Both the position numbers and the translations under genes were made by a program. A DNA stretch of 64,000 bases. Origin: Lingula anatina (lineage: Eukaryota > Animalia > Brachiopoda). The DNA is taken from positions 2,728,001 to 2,792,000 of the forward strand of contig CM120641.1 in assembly GCA_051362555.1 (NCBI GenBank), read 5' to 3'. Positions 60,401-64,000 of this stretch are shown one piece after another. Within the stretch, counting starts at the first letter, position 1; every line of letters begins with the position of its first letter. Under the pieces are notes generated by a model. The model did not search any database. It was not told where the DNA came from and was given only the letters and a program-made list of their open reading frames with translations.

Positions 60401-63400
60401 TATCTTCACCTGGTGTTTCATTCAAACCAGTGTATCTGTAGCCCTGTCAAAGACCTTTTTGCTTTTTGGTAACGTAAACTAATGAAGATGACTCAGCAAA
60501 ATAGGAAGAGGCGGGCGATGTTTTACACAGCCAGGGATAGAAATGTTTATGCCATGTCCAATGTTGATTAAAATTTACACAGCCATATGTTATCATATCT
60601 AGGTGTGTCAAAACAAAGTTTATTGGAAAATTAAAGATGTTAGTTTGTGCATTTTGTCCAAGTTGTTCCAGATCTTGTAACACCCTTTAACAATCTTACA
60701 CATACAAGATACGGAATGACTTATAATAAGTTCCTGTGGTGAATTTTTTGACAGGAAATCTTTGGAGTTAGACCACAAAGATTTCAGGAGGAAGTTAAGG
60801 ATAAGAGAAGGCCTCAGATATAAACAAAACAAATATGAATGAATGGATTGATGCCAAATTGATGTATTATTTCATCTAAAATATGTTCTCTTTGTGGTTA
60901 TTGGGGAATAATCTTTAAAAAAAGCAGAATCTGTGTAAATGTTTTGACATTAAATAAAGTGACATATGATTTATTGACATTTTAAAATATATATAATTTG
61001 AACATACATTACAAATTGATAAATTTAATGTAAAAATCCTTGAGTATTGGACCATGTGAAAATTTCTTTAGAATTATCAGACACATTTCAGTAAATTTTC
61101 TAAATGATACATTTGAACATTTGAAGTCAGTGGGATGGTGTAGACATTTGATGAGCAAAAATCATTATAAATTTCAGGTGTCTTTGGAATTCTGCAGGTG
61201 ACGCTTGGTCTACCATAAGGAACTGTGGTGGACATGTGAGTCCTCTTTTTGATCAGAGATCTACCAGAAACATTCCCAGGTGTTGTTTAGTCTACTGTAT
61301 CCCATGTGGTTGTGGTCATTTCTTTCTAAAAACATATAGATTTCCTGAGTTTTTTTATCTGCCATTTAGCAGAGATGTGTGGTTACTGTTGTGTATTAGC
61401 TCTGTTAATTGATATTGCTACAGTTGTTGAAGTTTGTATTTTCCAGGTAATTTCTGGTCTTAGAATGACTCTGAGATACATCTATGATCTCTAATTTGTA
61501 TCAAAATTATGTTCATTTTGTAACTTTCAGGACTGATTTTTCATTTAACAATGTCTTTCATTTGTAACTAGGGTGGACATAAGTATTTTTCATTTTGTTT
61601 TTCAGAAGAAATAAAAATTGTGTCAGTTTTGCCCATTTTCCTGTACTTTACAGATAATGTGTGGTCTTCCATTTGCTATGAAGTATGTCTTAGTACACTG
61701 CTATGTGTTAGCTCTGTAATTAAAAGTTGTCATATGTATCAGACGTTTTCCCATATTTTCCAGGTGATGTTTGGCATCCCGTTTGGCACGGAGGTGGACA
61801 TGTGGTCTCTGGGCTGTATCTTGGCCGAGCTCTACTTGGGGCAGCCATTGTTTGGGTACGGGAACAAGAAATTGGTCCTTGAACAGGTGAGAACTATGGG
61901 GAATGAGAGAAATAAGGCAAAGATGTAGTTTTCAAAATGAATACAGTAGATTATAGAAAGTGTTTTAAAGAATATAAAGTATTCAAATGTTTGATTTGTT
62001 GGTAATACTTCTGAGTGTTTTTTTTTCTTTTAGCAAACTCAAGTCCACAGCATTATGAAAAAAATTATTCTTAATTACCAGTTTATGAACAGTTTGGTAA
62101 AGAGCAGTTTCATTCAGTTTTTTGTCGTTATCTTATTTCAAGTTTCTCATCGGTGATTCTTCTCCTATATACAGATTACGAAAGTACTTGGCCCTTTTCC
62201 ACGAGATCTGTGTCAGAGAGGGAAGTATTTCCAGGAATTAAAGTATTTGACAGAACCAGGACAGCAGAAGGAAGGTAAGGATAAGATTGTTAACTGTCTC
62301 CATCCTCAAGTTAGATGTATGTTGTTAGATTTCCAGATACCAGGCTCACACTAAGTAGATATTTCTTGCACCTAAATGCGTGGAAAATTTGAGCTAAAAC
62401 AAATCATTTGCTAAAAGAATTGATTCCTTAGTTAAAATCTAAAATAACAGTGCTTGGGAGTTATCAGAGAATGTTTATTGCATTGCACTGGAAATGGTTT
62501 TGAACAGAAAGGACTTCAAATTTTGAATGTGGGAAGAATTATTGTAGCATTTGTTGTATTATTGTAATTTTTCAGCATTTTCCATGCAAAAATAGAGAGG
62601 GAAAAGTATAAAAACTGTTCAAGGCATATTTCATGTTGAAATTTTGTAAGTCGTTCTCTTAAAAAATATTTTGCATAGATCTTACATAATTTTCTTAAAG
62701 ATTATTGGTTTTGTTGCAGCCACCATGAAAATATTGAAGAAGTTGAGACAAAGCTCATCTGCTGTCACGGACTTTTCCTTTGCAAGTTTTTTATCAGGAC
62801 TTCTCAGATACAATCCAGGTAAGAAATACTGTACTTGATGGGGAAATCACAATGGAAGTTTGGATGAAAAATAGTGGTATTACTAGAAATGCAACAGTTT
62901 TATTGTCATTATTTAGCTTGAAGAGTAAACAGATACTTTACCAGGCAATATTTTGTCTTCTTCCATTCAGAATTCAATTCATCAAACTGACAAAAGAACT
63001 TCTATATTTCTACAGAGATTTCAACATTATAGAGATTTTCTGCCTTGATACATCTTTTAAAAGATTACTGTAGAAAGAAATGCATATTATTGACAATATC
63101 AGCATATAGCATTATTAGAAGACTGAAACGTAACACTCTCTTCTGTTTTCTGTCATAGAACACTTGACAGATTTATAAATGTTTTTCACATCTTTACAAA
63201 AATTCATGAAGTTAATGAGCTAATTAACTTTCATATTTAGGTTAAAAAAGCATTTTTGTCTTGAATAATGCTTCGATTTTTATTTTCAGCTGAGCGATTG
63301 ACACCCTCCCAAGCAGCCAGGCATCCATTTCTGGCATCAGAGCTGGGATTCAGATATCTTCTAGACAATGGTAATTGAAATATTTTTCAGTAATTTAATA

Positions 63401-64000
63401 AATCCAAAAATGTAAAATACAAGATAATTTATATGTGATGATGAATTTTCTGTTTAGTTATTGCTTACAGTTCTTGTCATAACAATATAACAATGTATTG
63501 ATCAAGCACATAGTAAGAATACAAACTCTCTCCTCAGTGATAAGAATTCTATATTTTGGACAGGTCACTGATTATCAAGAGAAAACATGTAAAATGCAGA
63601 TTCCTTAGTATTAAGCTAAAAGTTTCTATTAAAATAGAGATTTACTTAAGCAAAAGGAATATTTCAAATCATGCTCTCTCAACATTTTTCCAGAGACCTA
63701 CCCTTCGTGCCATTTGACACGTGAGATGTATGGTGATTATGGACCAGCGATAGCACCGCAAATCTCAAAGCGCTTTCTATCCCCCGTAGCTCTTCTGCAC
63801 AGGGGCACTTCTATTCAGCCCCCAGTGGAATTACCCCAGGGCTGTAATGGTGCCTCACGTCATTCCAAGATGCTGGGACACAGCAGCAGACAAGTAGCAG
63901 AGGTTCTGCCACTGAAGAAGGTCACACCAACCTCAAAACTTAGAGTGAATGAGCATCGAGGCAGTACGAGATGGTTAGATGCTGATGTGGATAATGGTCC
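38504..64000 (+). CDS. CMGC-group Ser/Thr kinase, divergent DYRK/HIPK-like; 3' end outside the window
   Basis: Exons 38504-38544, 40178-40326, 42529-42656, 45392-45532, 47806-47901, 50917-51031, 53805-53926, 61764-61886, 62175-62274, 62720-62818, 63290-63370, 63694->64000, all phase-compatible. Motifs [103 protein letters not shown]. Start codon less certain than internal exons. Confidence 0.9.
39292..39517. mobile_element. Foldback MITE-like element, copy 2 (kinase intron 1)
   Basis: Arms TTTCCATAGATTTTTAGATCGATCTA / TAGATCGATCTAAATCTCTGGGAAA and CCCTGTGGGG / CCCCCAGGG; shares GGGTAATTAACTAT and GCAATTTAGC with the SAE1 3'UTR copy, with part of the right arm deleted. Confidence 0.7.
54372..54411 (+). 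repeat. (TAA)n microsatellite
   Basis: About 12 consecutive TAA units. Confidence 0.95.
61170..61763 (+). pseudogene. Decayed tandem copies of kinase exon 8 (pseudo-exon array)
   Basis: CAG acceptors before 61178, 61198, 61280, 61447 and 61654 are each followed by sequence resembling the real exon start [14 protein letters not shown], e.g. VTLGLP*GTVVDM* at 61198 and IMCGLPFAM at 61654. Confidence 0.7.

Noticed and set aside
1-64000. CRISPR arrays, operons, tRNA/rRNA genes or autonomous transposase/RT genes
   Set aside because: The DNA is eukaryotic with spliceosomal introns; no regularly spaced repeats with unique spacers, cloverleafs, rRNA motifs or long transposon ORFs were seen.

Overview
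AT-rich, intron-containing animal genomic DNA. It is probably from an invertebrate bilaterian, plausibly a lophotrochozoan, but the species cannot be read from the sequence. The left 20 kb is a compact housekeeping cluster: intronless RNPC3 (+), BCS1L (-), NRDE2 (+), SRP14 (-, missed by the ORF track) and SAE1 (+), arranged as alternating divergent and convergent pairs. About 12 kb of gene-free, CpG-retaining DNA follows. Next is a minus-strand BH3-only pro-apoptotic gene (337 aa) that shares a bidirectional promoter with an atypical DYRK/HIPK-like kinase running off the right edge. Highlights: (1) the BH3-only protein combines BIM/BMF-type (LC8 motif, DSGxxS degron) and BAD-type (two 14-3-3/Akt sites, Ser-containing BH3) modules; (2) it sits in an SRP14-SAE1-BH3 block that mirrors the human SRP14-BMF and SAE1-BBC3/PUMA neighbourhoods; (3) its 3'UTR has a near-fully complementary bantam miRNA site; (4) the kinase has Glu in place of the activation-loop Tyr and a decayed array of duplicated exons. 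Several non-autonomous transposons and tandem duplications are also present. All gene models were spliced by eye from GT-AG sites and frame continuity; no database search was run.
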